This document shows positions 1 through 11,500 of a DNA stretch of 64,000 bases, in pieces; within the stretch, counting starts at the first letter, position 1; every line of letters begins with the position of its first letter. This DNA is from Hydrolagus colliei (taxonomy: Eukaryota). The notes under the pieces were generated by a model. That model did no database searches and was not told the origin of the DNA. It was given only the letters and a program-made list of their open reading frames with translations. Location of the stretch: assembly GCA_035084275.1 (NCBI GenBank), contig CM068743.1:48236001-48300000 (forward strand), read 5' to 3'. Both the position numbers and the translations under genes were made by a program.

Positions 1-1699
1 GATTTTCACAAGGTGGCCTCAATAGACTGAGTCACTGTCATCCTGCATACTGAACACTAACAAAGAGTAAAATTATTAGCATACCTTTGGCATTAAATTT
101 TACAATCATAAACTTTAGATTGTTCACCAATTTTACAAAACATTAGAAAAGTTTTATTAACATTATGAATATTATAAATCTACAACTAGTTTATTGATTT
201 GCTTAAATCGAAGGTACTTTCCTGTCTCAAACCAAACCTCAAGCCTGAATTATTTTGCTTCCATTTTGTCAAAAAAACAATGATATCAATGCTTTAAATA
301 AACCTGCACTGAATTCATCAGTTGGGTTAACTACAAAACTGGACAGTAGACACGCACTCCATGTAGATTTTTGTTAGTCAGCTGGAGTCTGACACATATG
401 TAAATCTGTCACCCTGCTTAAGAATATCCAAACCACAGTTCCAGAAATCCATGCCGCAGACAAATAAGAAATTTCTATGTCTGGAAGGTGCACTCTCTTC
501 CTTGAATATACCTTACTTATAATATAATCCTTGCACTTGACATCTGGTGACCTGCTTGGCTCAGACACTAGACTAGCAATACTGCCACAAAGGACTGACT
601 CGATTCTGACACTGCTTGCAACGCATGTCACCTTGTCACCAGCTCAGCTCGCAGATCTGGGTGTGCCACCGCGGGAGGATAATGGGCGAAATGCAATTCC
701 CAGCATATTTCAGGCCACTAATTGCGAGAGTTCACTTTGGGTCCTGGCACATAGGGCTGAGAAGCTTGGCAATATTTTTCCACAGTGCAGATAAGTTCAC
801 ATGGGAGAAATATCCAATAATGAGAATAACTAGATTGTGACTTTTTACATAATAAGCTGTGTGATGAATAAAGTGGAGTCCCTTATTCACATTCTGCAAG
901 GGAAACAGCCAGTATATTGACCACGTGGCAATATAAGTCAACAACAACAACAACTTTGATTTATATAGCGCCCTCCACGCCGGACGGAGTCTCAGAGCGC
1001 TTCAAAATCATTTGCTGATATACAGACAGTGTTTTACTATCAGGAGTATGGAAATTTAGAAAAGTTATAAAATAGCAAATAACAAATTTGCTATATGGAG
1101 CAGAAAACACTAAGTACAGCATTAAGAAAATCTGATGTGCCATATGCTTTTGTTAGAAAGGTTGTTTCGCAGTTCTTGTTTTTAGGTACAAACGATTTTC
1201 AACATTTACCTGAATTTAGAGAATAAAGAAAGCAAACACAGTTATAATTCAGAGTTTATCCACCTAAAGCCCAACACAGTCTGATCTAACGTTGAATAAT
1301 CGCCTAACTTGTACATCTATCCAAGTCCGTTTAATTTCCTATTAAATGGGCTAGTGTATTAACAAACGCACAACTTGTAACGCCACTTCATAAGTTACCA
1401 CTACCAAATTTACCAGCTACCGTTGCCACCCCTACCTCAAACTGAACACTATTATTATGAAAGGGAACTCTGCCCATTAATGATATGACTGGAGAACAAA
1501 ACAAACAAAATTATGCCTTTCACCTTGGGACGTCCTCCCGATGTGAAAGGCACTTTATAAGTTTAAGTTGTTGTTGTTGTTGTTCACGTCAGGAGGATGT
1601 ACCACCTTTCAATGAGGTGGAGCATATAGCAATACGGAAGACATGTGATATACAGAACATTTTGGTTTATTAATAGATACACTGTGCACCAATTTTCAA

Positions 1700-2460
1700 T
1701 ACCTTATGAAACATGGGAAAGGCAATCCAGATGACTTTAAAATAAATATCTTGAATGTTGTAGGGTATGATAGCGGAGATCCTATTACACCACTGGACAA
1801 GTGTAGACAGCTACCAGACAAACATCCCAAATGTTATACAGACAGATTATGGGAAATTTTCAAATTGAGTATATGGCGCAGGATTGGATCATAGTAATCT
1901 GGATCACTTTACGGAAAGGTGGCACAGAGTGATTATTAGCCATTCCCTACCTTCTTATTAGACTAGCTTTGAGGAAACTTGGGGTAGGGAAAATGATGAC
2001 CATAATGAGAAATGGATTACAAGGAAAATGATAATCAAGTGGGAGGCAAGACAGAATGCGAAAGAAAATTCAAAAATTCATAAAGCAACCACATTGGTGA
2101 AAAATAAACCTAAAGATATGTGGAGAAATTAGGGACCTTTTCAGGGGAGAAAGGGACAGACAAATTTCTATGGCAGAGTAAAAGGAGAAACTACAGGTGA
2201 AACACTTGATATGTTCCAAATTGTGGGAAATGGGGGCATTACAAGAATGATTGTAAAGAAATAGAATGTAAAAATTGTGATAAAAAGGGGCACATGACAA
2301 AATATTATAGACAGGCAAAGAAAAGTTTTTGTGTGGATTTAAAAGACATGATAGAACAAATTAATTCAGAGGTCAGGAAGCTGCAAGAGGTGGAAGCTTT
2401 TCAAAGTCAGACCTCCTCTATTAAAAAGGAACAGGAAGAGCGAATCAAATAACTAACCAG
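1700..2460 (+). mobile_element. Decayed gag-like remnant of an LTR retrotransposon or ERV
   Basis: Capsid MHR-like CRQLPDKHPKCYTDRLWEIF (about 1800-1860) and two CCHC knuckles at 2212-2308: C-S-K-(+1 nt)-CGKWGHYKNDC and CKNCDKKGHMTKY(Y). Stops and frameshifts are present. Confidence 0.65.
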
Positions 2461-3949
2461 AGTTAGAACGAGCAAATAGGGAATCTACCAATCGGAAGGT
2501 AGATTGGTAGATAACCAACAGGGTATGGTTAATTTAGCAGCTGCAGAAAGGCAAGCAACTGAGGAAGCAGTTGGAAGACGCAAGGGGCGCCTCGCGAGAG
2601 GCAATAGTGCGCCAACAAATCACCCAATCAGAACCTGGTGGACTCAATCTACCATCGTATAGTGCCTCTAAGCCCTCTTCCATTGATCAGAAATTGGATA
2701 AACTAATTCAAATATTCTAATTTGGTACAAATAAACTACTTATGATGCTAACTGTCCAACAAAAGGAGAGATTGGAGACTGTTTTGAATGTTCAAATGAT
2801 CACATCACCCACAAAATGGGAAGCCAGACAGGGAGAGGCAGCAGAAAAATCAGAAGAACATACAGTAGCATCCTTGGTAGAGGAGCAGTCTGAAAAGGTG
2901 CAGAAGAACAATGGTTCACTGCAAGGTGTCTTGTCACTGCAAAGACAACAGGACAAGCATACAGTGGTATTTGGATATCGAACTGCGAACTGGGAACGGC
3001 ACAATAATACCGGATACTTTCGGATGTCGAACTGGAAACTGTACAACAACACTTGGGTACCTTTTGATAGATTTATATTTGGATTAATATGGAGATTAAA
3101 TTGGACGTTGCTACTCTATCTCACCCGCAACATTTGGTTTGGTCAACCTAAATCCTTGTGAGCTATGTGTCGATAAGTAAGCATTGTTCTGATGTATACT
3201 TTTAATTACATATAATTAGTACTAACCCACAAATATATAGTCAATTCACTTTACAGTATATTCTGTGAAGTGCATTGAGACGTCGATAAGAAGTAAAAAG
3301 TGCTATATCAAAATGCAAGGATTATAATCCTTATAAGGGTTATAAGAATGGCTACAAGAGCAGTGCTGTAACCAATGTGCCGGTTTTCTGGTTTTATAGG
3401 TGTGTAAAGTATAAGGCTATATATATCTCCTTTCATAACTGAGACAATTAACTGAACTTTTTACATCCCCCTTCAACTTAAAGAACTTAAAGAAAAATAC
3501 AACAAAATCAGGTAAGGGAACATTGAAATATAATATTTAAAGGTAATGAAACAGGTTGAAAGTACAGTAGAAGCCCGTTTATCTGTTATGCGATGAACCG
3601 GCACTTCCGTATAACCGGCACGCCAAAAAAACGTCCCCATTCGATAAACCAGAACGTATCCGGAACAATAGCGGTGGAGCATTTGTAAATGCATAAATAA
3701 TAACAGATAACAGAATATTGTATTGGTACTTATTGTTAAAACTACTTTCTTGCACTTCTCACCTTTACTGGTAGATGCTGAGCTTGAAGCTATGATGCTG
3801 CGGTTGAGGTTTATAGTCCAGCGATTCTTTTTAAAATGGAGGATGCCAAGGCAGGTGAAAAAATGGAGTGCGACTTTAAAGCCTTACTAGCGGCAAGCCA
3901 ATAACCCTAGCCGATAACCCACATTGTCGCACAGGTACAGTATTTCGGT

Positions 3950-4086
3950 TTGCCACTAGGAGAGTCTAGGGTTATCAGCTTGCAGCTAGTTGAATCTAGG
4001 GTTCTCAGTTTGCCACTAGTAGAGTCTAGGGTTATCAGTTTGCCACTAGTAGAGTCTAGGGTTATCGGCTTGCCGCTAGTAAAGTC
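3950..4086 (+). repeat. 30-bp tandem repeat, about 4.5 units (TTGCCACTAGTAGAGTCTAGGGTTATCAGT)
   Basis: Directly visible units; they produce the repetitive 3950-4237 ORF. Confidence 0.9.
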
Positions 4087-4200
4087 ACTCGACTTTAAAG
4101 TCGTGCTGCCGTTTTTTTCACCCGCACAGCATCCTCCGTTGCAAAAAGAATCGCTGGACTATCAACCTCAACTAGTAAAGGTGAGAAGCACAAGAGAGTA

Positions 4201-4906
4201 CCGTAAATACCCGCATATAAGGCGCACTCGCATATAAGGCGCAACCCCCACTTTTGATCTTTTATTGGTGAAAAAAAACGGAAGCATTTTCGATGATATT
4301 GTGGCAGAAGGGAGGGAGGCAGGAGAGACAGGGAGGGAGGGAGGCAGGAGAGACAGATAGGGAGGGAGGCAGGCAGGGAGAGAGGGAGGCAGGCAGGCAC
4401 GGAGGGAGAGAGGGAGGCAGGCACGGAGGGAGAGTGGGAGGCAGGCAGGCAGGGAGAGTGGGAGGCAGGCAGGCAGGGAGGGAGGGAGGGAGGGAGGGAG
4501 GCGGGCAGGGAGAGAGGGAGGCAGGCGGGCAGAGAGACAGGGAGGCAGGCGGGCAGGGAGAGAGGCGGGCAGGGAGAGAGGCAGGCGGGCAGGGAGAGAG
4601 GGAGGGAGGCAGGCGGGCAGGGAGAGAGGGAGGGAGGGAGGGTTCGGCAGAAGGCAGGCAGCAGGCACGGCACTGAAGTTCGCTGCTGCTGCCGCTGCCT
4701 GGCGGCCGAGGCCGAAACCCTGTCACCCGCTCCCCTCAACCCCCGCCGGACAGTGTCCAAAGCCCGGCTGACAGCGCGCCGGCCGCCCCTCCTGTTTACC
4801 ATTTTTCCGAGGCTCAAAATTTCTTGTACCTGCGTTAGGGCGCACCCCCAACTTTCAAGATCTTCCGACGTGAAAAAAAGTGCGCCTTATACGTGGGTAT
4901 TTACGG
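4201..4906. mobile_element. Nested Tc2/pogo-like MITE with internal purine-rich minisatellite
   Basis: TA|CCGTAAATACCCGCATATAAGGCGCAC ... GTGCGCCTTATACGTGGGTATTTACGG|TA terminal inverted repeats with TA duplication; (GGCA/GGGA)n array at about 4308-4665. Confidence 0.88.
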
Positions 4907-5829
4907 TAGTTTTAACAATAAGTACCAATACAATGTTCTGTTATTATCTGTTATTATTTAGTCAGTTGTGTATGGTGTGTGTCAAAATAACTTTTATTTT
5001 TTTGTTGTGGGTTTTCAGCCGCGGGCCACCTGAATATCCGGCAGGCGCTTTAGCCGGCATTGGCCAAGTCCTGCGGGTGCCGGATAAACGGGCTTTTACT
5101 CTATATGAAAGTGGTTGTTCGGAAAAGTGATTGGTCTGAAAATTTCCATCGTTAAATCTTGCTTAATATCAGCCAGTTCAGTACTTGTGTGTTTATTAAG
5201 TCACATTAAATCTGACTTATACATAACTTTACAGAAGTCATTTACGATAGATTGATGGAAGTTTGACATGACTCATACTTTGCATAATTCATATTAAATT
5301 CTTGGTTGCAATTGATAGGTCTTATGTAGGGTTTACTGTACGTTTCTTGCTGCTGAAAACTGAACTCTTTCCAATGCTTCAGTTTTGGTTACACATTAAA
5401 TAAAGGACAACACCTTAAAACGTTTATTTTGGGGACAATTATTTACCCTGGCAATATTCATAAATATAATGTTTGTGAGGCTTCTACACAGCACTTCAAT
5501 AAGAAACCCTGGCAATCTCAAAACAATGTGGATAATAGGGAACGGCGATATGGGATTTTTCCGGATATGGATATATCGGTTTGCTCATACCTGCTTAAAC
5601 CGATCTATCGAGTTTTTATACTGCGCATGCGCGTGCATTCGAAGTGCGCGTGCATTGATGGCGCATTTATGGTGCGCGCTCAGTCGCGGTGCGCACGCAT
5701 TGACGGTGCGTCCGCACTGACGATGCGCGCGCAGTCGCGGTGCACGCACATTTCGAAATGCGTGCTCTAGGTCCAGAAAGTTTGTAATGTTGGTGTCAAG
5801 GTCTGTTGAATTATACGATGTTGTTTGCT

Positions 5830-6532
5830 CCCTACCTCTCCCTCTCCTTCTCTCCCTTCTCTCCTTCCTTTCCCCTCTCCCTCCCCCTCCACCCTCCCTG
5901 TCTCCTCTCCCTCCTTTCCCCCTCTCCTTCTCCCTCCCTCCCTCCCCTCTCTCTTTCTCTCCCTCCCTCCCTCCCTCCCCTCTCTCCTTCTCTCCCTCCC
6001 CTATCTCCTTCTCTCCCTCCCCTCTCTCCTTCTCTCCCTCCCCTCTCTCCTTCTCTCCCTCCCTCCCTCCCCTCTCTCCCTCCTTTCCCCTCGCTCCTTC
6101 TCTCCCTCCTTTCCCCCTCTCCTTCTCCTTTCTTCCTCTCTCCTTCTCTCCCAACTTTCCCCCTCTCCCTCCCTCCCCTCTCTCCTTCTCTCCCTCCTTT
6201 CCCCTCGCTCCTTCTCTCCCTCCTTTCCCCCTCTCCTTCTCTCCCTCCCTCCCTCTCCTCTCTTCCTCTCTCCTTCTCTCCCTCCTTTCCCCTCGCTCCT
6301 TCTCTCCCTCCTTTCACCCTCTCCTTCTCTCCCTCCCTCTTCTCTCTTCCTCTCTCCTTCTCTCCCAACTTTCCCCCTCTCCTTCTCTCCCTCCCTCCCT
6401 TCTCTCCTTCTCTCCCTCCTTTCCCCTCGCTCCTTCTCTCCCTCCTTTCACCCTCTCCTTCTCTCCCTCCCTCTCCTCTCTTCCTCTCTCCTTCTCTCCC
6501 AACTTTCCCCCTCTCCTTCTCTCCCTCCATCT
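5830..6532 (+). repeat. CT-only low-complexity minisatellite inside the hAT element
   Basis: About 700 bp of almost pure C/T on the + strand, with units such as CCCTCTCTCCTTCTCTCCCTC. Confidence 0.92.
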
Positions 6533-6834
6533 CTAAACACAAAATAGAACACACACACACCAAAAACAAAATCTAGAGATTTATTCTCCTCCATTTCTTG
6601 CTTGAAACTAGCATGTAATGTCCACGTGTAAATGAGATCTATTACAATAGAAAAGAGAGAGACAGACAGTCTGACTTTTAAGAGTTAGAAGCCAGATTAT
6701 CACTGCTGTGTGTGTCTGACTAGACACACACATAGAAGCAGTGATAATCTGGCTTCTAACTCTCTCACACACAAAAATAACACGTACAGCCACAAAATGC
6801 CACTTATTTTTATGTAGTCTGAAGTCTGAATTAA

Positions 6835-7204
6835 TGTCCTTCGCCATTGGCAAGCTCTCCTTTGCTATGCAAAAAGTGACAGCGTTCGTGATACTTTGCC
6901 ACTTTTTGTCCCCTCTCTGGTACAATGTTCTCCTCTTAAATAAAGCAGGAATTGTTTGAGCTGCACTGGCCCCACTACCTGTCGCTTTCTCCGAAGCGCT
7001 GGTTCGACTTCCTGCTGTTGTCGACAATGATTTCGCTCTGAGGGCAGCGTGCTGGGCGGGGTGGTGCTGCTTAATGTGTTGTCGCAGGCTGCTCGTGCTC
7101 GAATCAGATGTCTTAGCCAAGACCTTGCAAACTATACATCTATACACACCATTACTGACTGCATTGTTTTCAAAGTAGTCCCATACGGGGCTTCTTTTCC
7201 CCAT
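6835..7204 (-). pseudogene. Truncated hAT transposase N-terminus with BED zinc finger (ZBED1/Ac-like)
   Basis: MGKRSPVWDYF...CIVC...STSSLRQHIKQHH fits the BED pattern, followed by ITNAVTFCIAKESLP; similarity ends at about 6835 and no DDE domain is present. Confidence 0.85.
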
Positions 7205-7676
7205 GATGAGAAAGGTAAATTTTCAAACTACAATTTTCAGCGATGCGACTTTGTTAAGACGCCACGACTCACGTCGAGTATACACAGTAAAGTGTGCGCG
7301 CGCATCGGATGTGCGCGTCCGTTAATTGTGCGCGTGCACCGAATGTACGCGCATTCCATGCTCTAGGTCTAGGAGGTCGCAATGCCGGCGACAAGGTAAG
7401 CTGGAAAAGATCGCATTACACTGATAATACCAACAATATTGATATATTGCCAGGAACGATATTAAAAATATAACGATGTATATTTTTAAAATCGAATCTC
7501 TCGATATAACGGTTTTTTTAGAATCACCATATCGGCATACCGATCTGAAAATCATATCGGGTTTAATCGAAAAACCGATACATCGCCGTTCCCTAGTGGA
7601 TTATAAGGAAGAACATCATTTATGTCTCATAAATTAATCAACAAGCGCCACAGCAAGCCTACCTAAAATATCTTAC

Positions 7677-7865
7677 CTGAGTTAGAGATTGAATGGACCC
7701 AATATAGGAATCTGGACGGAGCAGAATGTGTTCCAGCTGTGTTTTCTTCTGATACACTCTTTCCACAGACATTTTCTTTGAAGCATCAGACATCTTCTTT
7801 GAAGTGTCACTTTTAGAATTGATTTCTTCCTTATTTGCAAGATTTTTCTGATTATTGAACAACGT
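7677..7865 (-). CDS. TOP2B: DNA topoisomerase II beta, coding exon 2 (TLFNNQ...SVERVYQKKTQLEHILLRPDSYIGSIQSLTQ)
   Basis: ttttgcag acceptor, 189 nt, CAG|gtaaga donor. Contains the type II topoisomerase motif YQKKTQLEHILLRPD.YIGS; the TLF start and 'ERVYQ' point to the beta paralogue. Confidence 0.96.
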
Positions 7866-8229
7866 CTGCAAAAGAAAAGCATGTTACAATTTTTGTTTAC
7901 CACTGCAAAATATATTACAGTAAAGTGCTAATGAAGCAATATATGAACAGGAATAGATCATCTGGCCAGTCAAAAATGCTGATGCATTTTATTAAATCAC
8001 CACAGGTATTTCCTCATTTTTTTAGAAAAAAAAGCTGACTTTCCTGGACTTTCTCCATATCCCTTAATTATCTCCTCACTTTTCATGAATCTGTCCACCA
8101 CCCTTTTAAATACCTCGATAAATCTGCATTATAACTGTACTACTTTACAGTGCAGAAAGCAGCCATTTAACCCAATTATGGTTGTGGTCTTTGATAGAGC
8201 AACCATTTAGTCCCATTTACCATGTCCTT

Positions 8230-8530
8230 TCCCTGAATACAATACTATGGTCTAATGAGTTATACAAGTTAAGCATCACTTCTTTGGTTTTATATTCCCT
8301 TTGCCATGTTAATAAAAGCCAGGATGCCAATAGCTTTTTCTGAGCTTTGATGACCTCTCTCACCATCTTTAAAGATTTATGTATTTAACATATGTGATCT
8401 TCTACACCTTTTCAAATGTCACAATTTAGCATATACAGTACATCATCAGCTTATTCTTCCTTCCAAAATGTCTAACCGTACACTTTTCTGAATTAAATTT
8501 CATCTGCCTCACTCTGCCTAATCCTCTTGT
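8230..8530 (-). mobile_element. Degenerate CR1 LINE ORF2 fragment
   Basis: Typical CR1 antisense text (tcttccttccaaaatg...ttaaatttcatctgcc); a related piece lies at about 9010-9110. Confidence 0.5.
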
Positions 8531-11500
8531 CTATGACATTTATGGAAATTTCATATTCACACAGCCCTTTGTGGGAAGTAATGTTTTCTAGTTTTATTTT
8601 TAAACATCAGTGCTAATTTTTCAAGATTTTGTTTCCTCATTCTGGATTTATCTACCAGGGAAAATAGTCAATTGTTTAAAATCACCTCAATCTGAGCTGT
8701 AAAAACTTAACCCAGGTTTAACCTGACTGAATCATGTTTGAATCATGGCTACATCATGGCATCCTGTTGGTGAATTTCCTTCAAGGCTACAAAATCATGG
8801 ACCGAGAAGTATACTTCCTATGTGGGACACATTGTACTCCAAATGTGAACCACAAAACAAGATTAATCCGATTCGATTTTTTGCACTTGCAGACTTGCTT
8901 TTGACTTCTGTATATGGATCACTAAATCCTTTTATTCATCCATTTTCATGCTTTCCTACTTAAACATGCATTTCCATTCACCATTCTTATGGCAAATATA
9001 CTACCTCATGCTTTGTTAATATTGAATTCCATCTACCATAGTGCCACCCACTATTTACTTCATGGTGCACTACATTTCCTTTCTTATGATCATCTGCAAA
9101 CTTGGATACATCTCCCTGTACCCTGGTCATTAATGTTGAGTATGATCCTCTGATAACTAGACACCCTGAGTATCTTGTAACTCAATTTCATACTTCTTGC
9201 ATGTTACATATGCCTGAAACTAGTTATTTTATTTGGTATTTAAATCAGTAAACAGTTCAGGAATGAAAAAGGCATGAATACAGCATTTGCATAATGTACT
9301 GTACTTTTCTCTTCCACTAACCTCAGCCAGCAATGTTGTGTGGTGTGAAGGTAAAGTATTCCCTTTCCTGGTGAACTCATTTAGGTTATACTTCAGTTCT
9401 GTCCATGCTTCATGGAGTTAATATACACTATTCAGTTTGTTTTATTTGTGTAAGAATCTCTGTAAATGCCTTAAATACTTAGCATTTTGAATTTAAAAAA
9501 GTAATTTAGAAACATCTTTCAAGTACTTTGTACTTTTGAAATCCTGTACTTTTGATAACAAATCAAATCTTATTTGAGCTATTTTCTTTGGGATGATAAT
9601 TTATTACTTTACAGTAAATTAAGATGATCATGAAAATAATTAAAGGGATAAAATTAAGTAGTTCAAAATTAAGAAGGAGAAAATACCAGCAAACATTTGA
9701 TGGGTTGAATGGCCTGCCTCTGTGGAGTAATCTTTTCAAAAATTGTTTCTCCCACCCCAATCCATCCTGCAACACTATATTGTCATAGAGCGAATGACGA
9801 GTTATGTGGGGTTGACAATTTATCTCTGGGGTGCGTTATCAGAGTTTTACAGAAGTTCTCCCTCATAACTCGCTCAATCAGTGGAAATAATCTGGTGCAG
9901 AAAGTCAGATATCTGCACACTAATTATCCACATGTCTGTTTATCTGAGCCACATTTGAGCTTTCTCCTCCCTCCCTCCATCTCATATCCCCGGATTATGC
10001 TCCAGGGTAGAAGTGGCAAGATAACAGTACAAAAAAAAAACAGGAAGTGATATCAGAATAAATAAAATAATGAGTGCAAGGTTCCCAATACAATTGCTAA
10101 AGGCTTAATCCAGTCAATCTCATTAATTCCATTCTTATAAGAATTTCAAACAATCCTATGATTATAATCAGAAAAGGGGGAGGTTTACAGTGATTGCAAC
10201 AGGTGAGTGGGACCAACCAAAAAACTAGTTGGTTGAACTTAAACCTATGCTGCATTTTTTCACAATGCATAAATGTTTCTGAATGAAATACTTAAAACAA
10301 TCCATGTTTTTTGCCTACTTGTTTCTGGATCATTGCCTCCTAAGAGAATGTACTTTCTATCTTAATGCTGCCTCACAATCAATTTCCTATCCATGACACC
10401 ACATTGTGATTTTTTTGTAAATAACCTCTACATGTTCAACTATGGTTCTGTCAAAAGAACTTAAGTTTGTCAGACATGTCCTACTTTCCCTAATCAGTTT
10501 ATAGTTATTCAAACTTATTTTGTCCCAACAGTAGAGGATGCAAGATAGCATTCATGGAGCGGTGCATAGTGGCGGGTTTGGTTGACAAGCAAAGAAGGAG
10601 AGGGAAATTATCATTGGCAACATCAAAAACATAGGTCTTGTCAGATTTATAATTGAGGCAGGATATTCTAGAGGTTAGGGGTGCAGTGATTGAAGTCACT
10701 GGTGCAAAGGCAGAGAACTGAGGTTCACAGAAGGAAGGAGACGCTACTTAATATCAATAATTTATTCTAATAATTTTCCCATTCCTATTACTGATTTAAA
10801 ATCATTTTTTTGTTATTGTTTTGGCCATTCCTTTCTTCTTGCAAAATAGCAGCACATTTGATGCTTTACAATCCTCCCAAGTTCATAGAGCTTTTAAAGA
10901 TTAATTGCATTTGATAAGAGTGCTCTTCACCCAGATGTCTCAAAGTGCTTCATATACTTGTACAGTTGTAGTATACTTCATAGTACCGTATATACATAGT
11001 ATATTCATAGTAATGATTATATGTTTTGTAGTTAAACAAGGTAGTCAATTTTGCACATAGTAATGTCCAACAAACAGCCATGAACTGAATAATCAATGTT
11101 ACCTGGGGTATAAAATTGGCCAGAACATCAGAAGAAACTCCCTTCTCTGAGTAGTGCCATGGGGTATTTTGTATCCACCTGAACTGACAGACAAGACCTC
11201 AATTTTGAGGAACACTATTTCATTTCACTCTTCCAGCCCACTCCCTGGCACCCACCCCATTTCTACCTGCTAGTGCTGCTGGGGAATAAAATCAAGCTAC
11301 ACCCACCACCACCGTCCTTGAGTTAGCCGAACTCGGAGTCACCTCTCATAACAATCTTACTTCCTCAATCATTCTCCTCCACAACTCCCGGACTCTTATT
11401 CTCAACGCCCTTACCCCACATCACGTCCTGCACCTCCTCTTACTCCTGCAAGTTCCCTTGCTATACCATGCTATACCATTTACCTCTGTTCCGTCAAGTC

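Larger units (their letters stand above)
3565..5101. mobile_element. Fold-back Tc1/mariner (Tigger/pogo-like) non-autonomous element
   Basis: TA|CAGTAGAAGCCCGTTTATC ... GATAAACGGGCTTTTACTC|TA termini. Internal arm 3694-3910 is the imperfect reverse complement of 4057-4200 plus 4907-4960. Confidence 0.85.
5536..7595 (-). mobile_element. hAT-superfamily DNA transposon, internally deleted
   Basis: 14-bp perfect TIRs TAGGGAACGGCGAT / ATCGCCGTTCCCTA; 8-bp TSD GTGGATAA (5528-5535) / GTGGATTA (7596-7603); CGAT-rich subterminal regions; BED-finger ORF inside. Confidence 0.92.

Noticed and set aside
1-830. Possible TOP2B exon 3 or other coding exon near the left edge
   Set aside because: No MWVYD/FVPGLYKIFDEIL-like peptide was found; the short ORFs here have no recognisable motifs, so exon 3 is probably outside the window.
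3950-4086. Regularly spaced 30-bp units resembling a CRISPR array
   Set aside because: Head-to-tail tandem repeats with no unique spacers, inside a eukaryotic MITE; no cas genes.
4095-6576. Long Pro/Leu/Ser- or Gly/Arg/Glu-rich ORFs (up to 256 aa) in several frames
   Set aside because: Artefacts of stop-free GA/CT minisatellites inside transposons; the same applies to the ORFs at 27321-27833.
7195-7676. TOP2B exon 2 to BED-finger fusion by splicing
   Set aside because: Exon 2 ends in phase 0, and the AG dinucleotides I checked near the BED ATG (7228-7229 and within codons 4-5) would not give an in-frame join; there is no transcript evidence.
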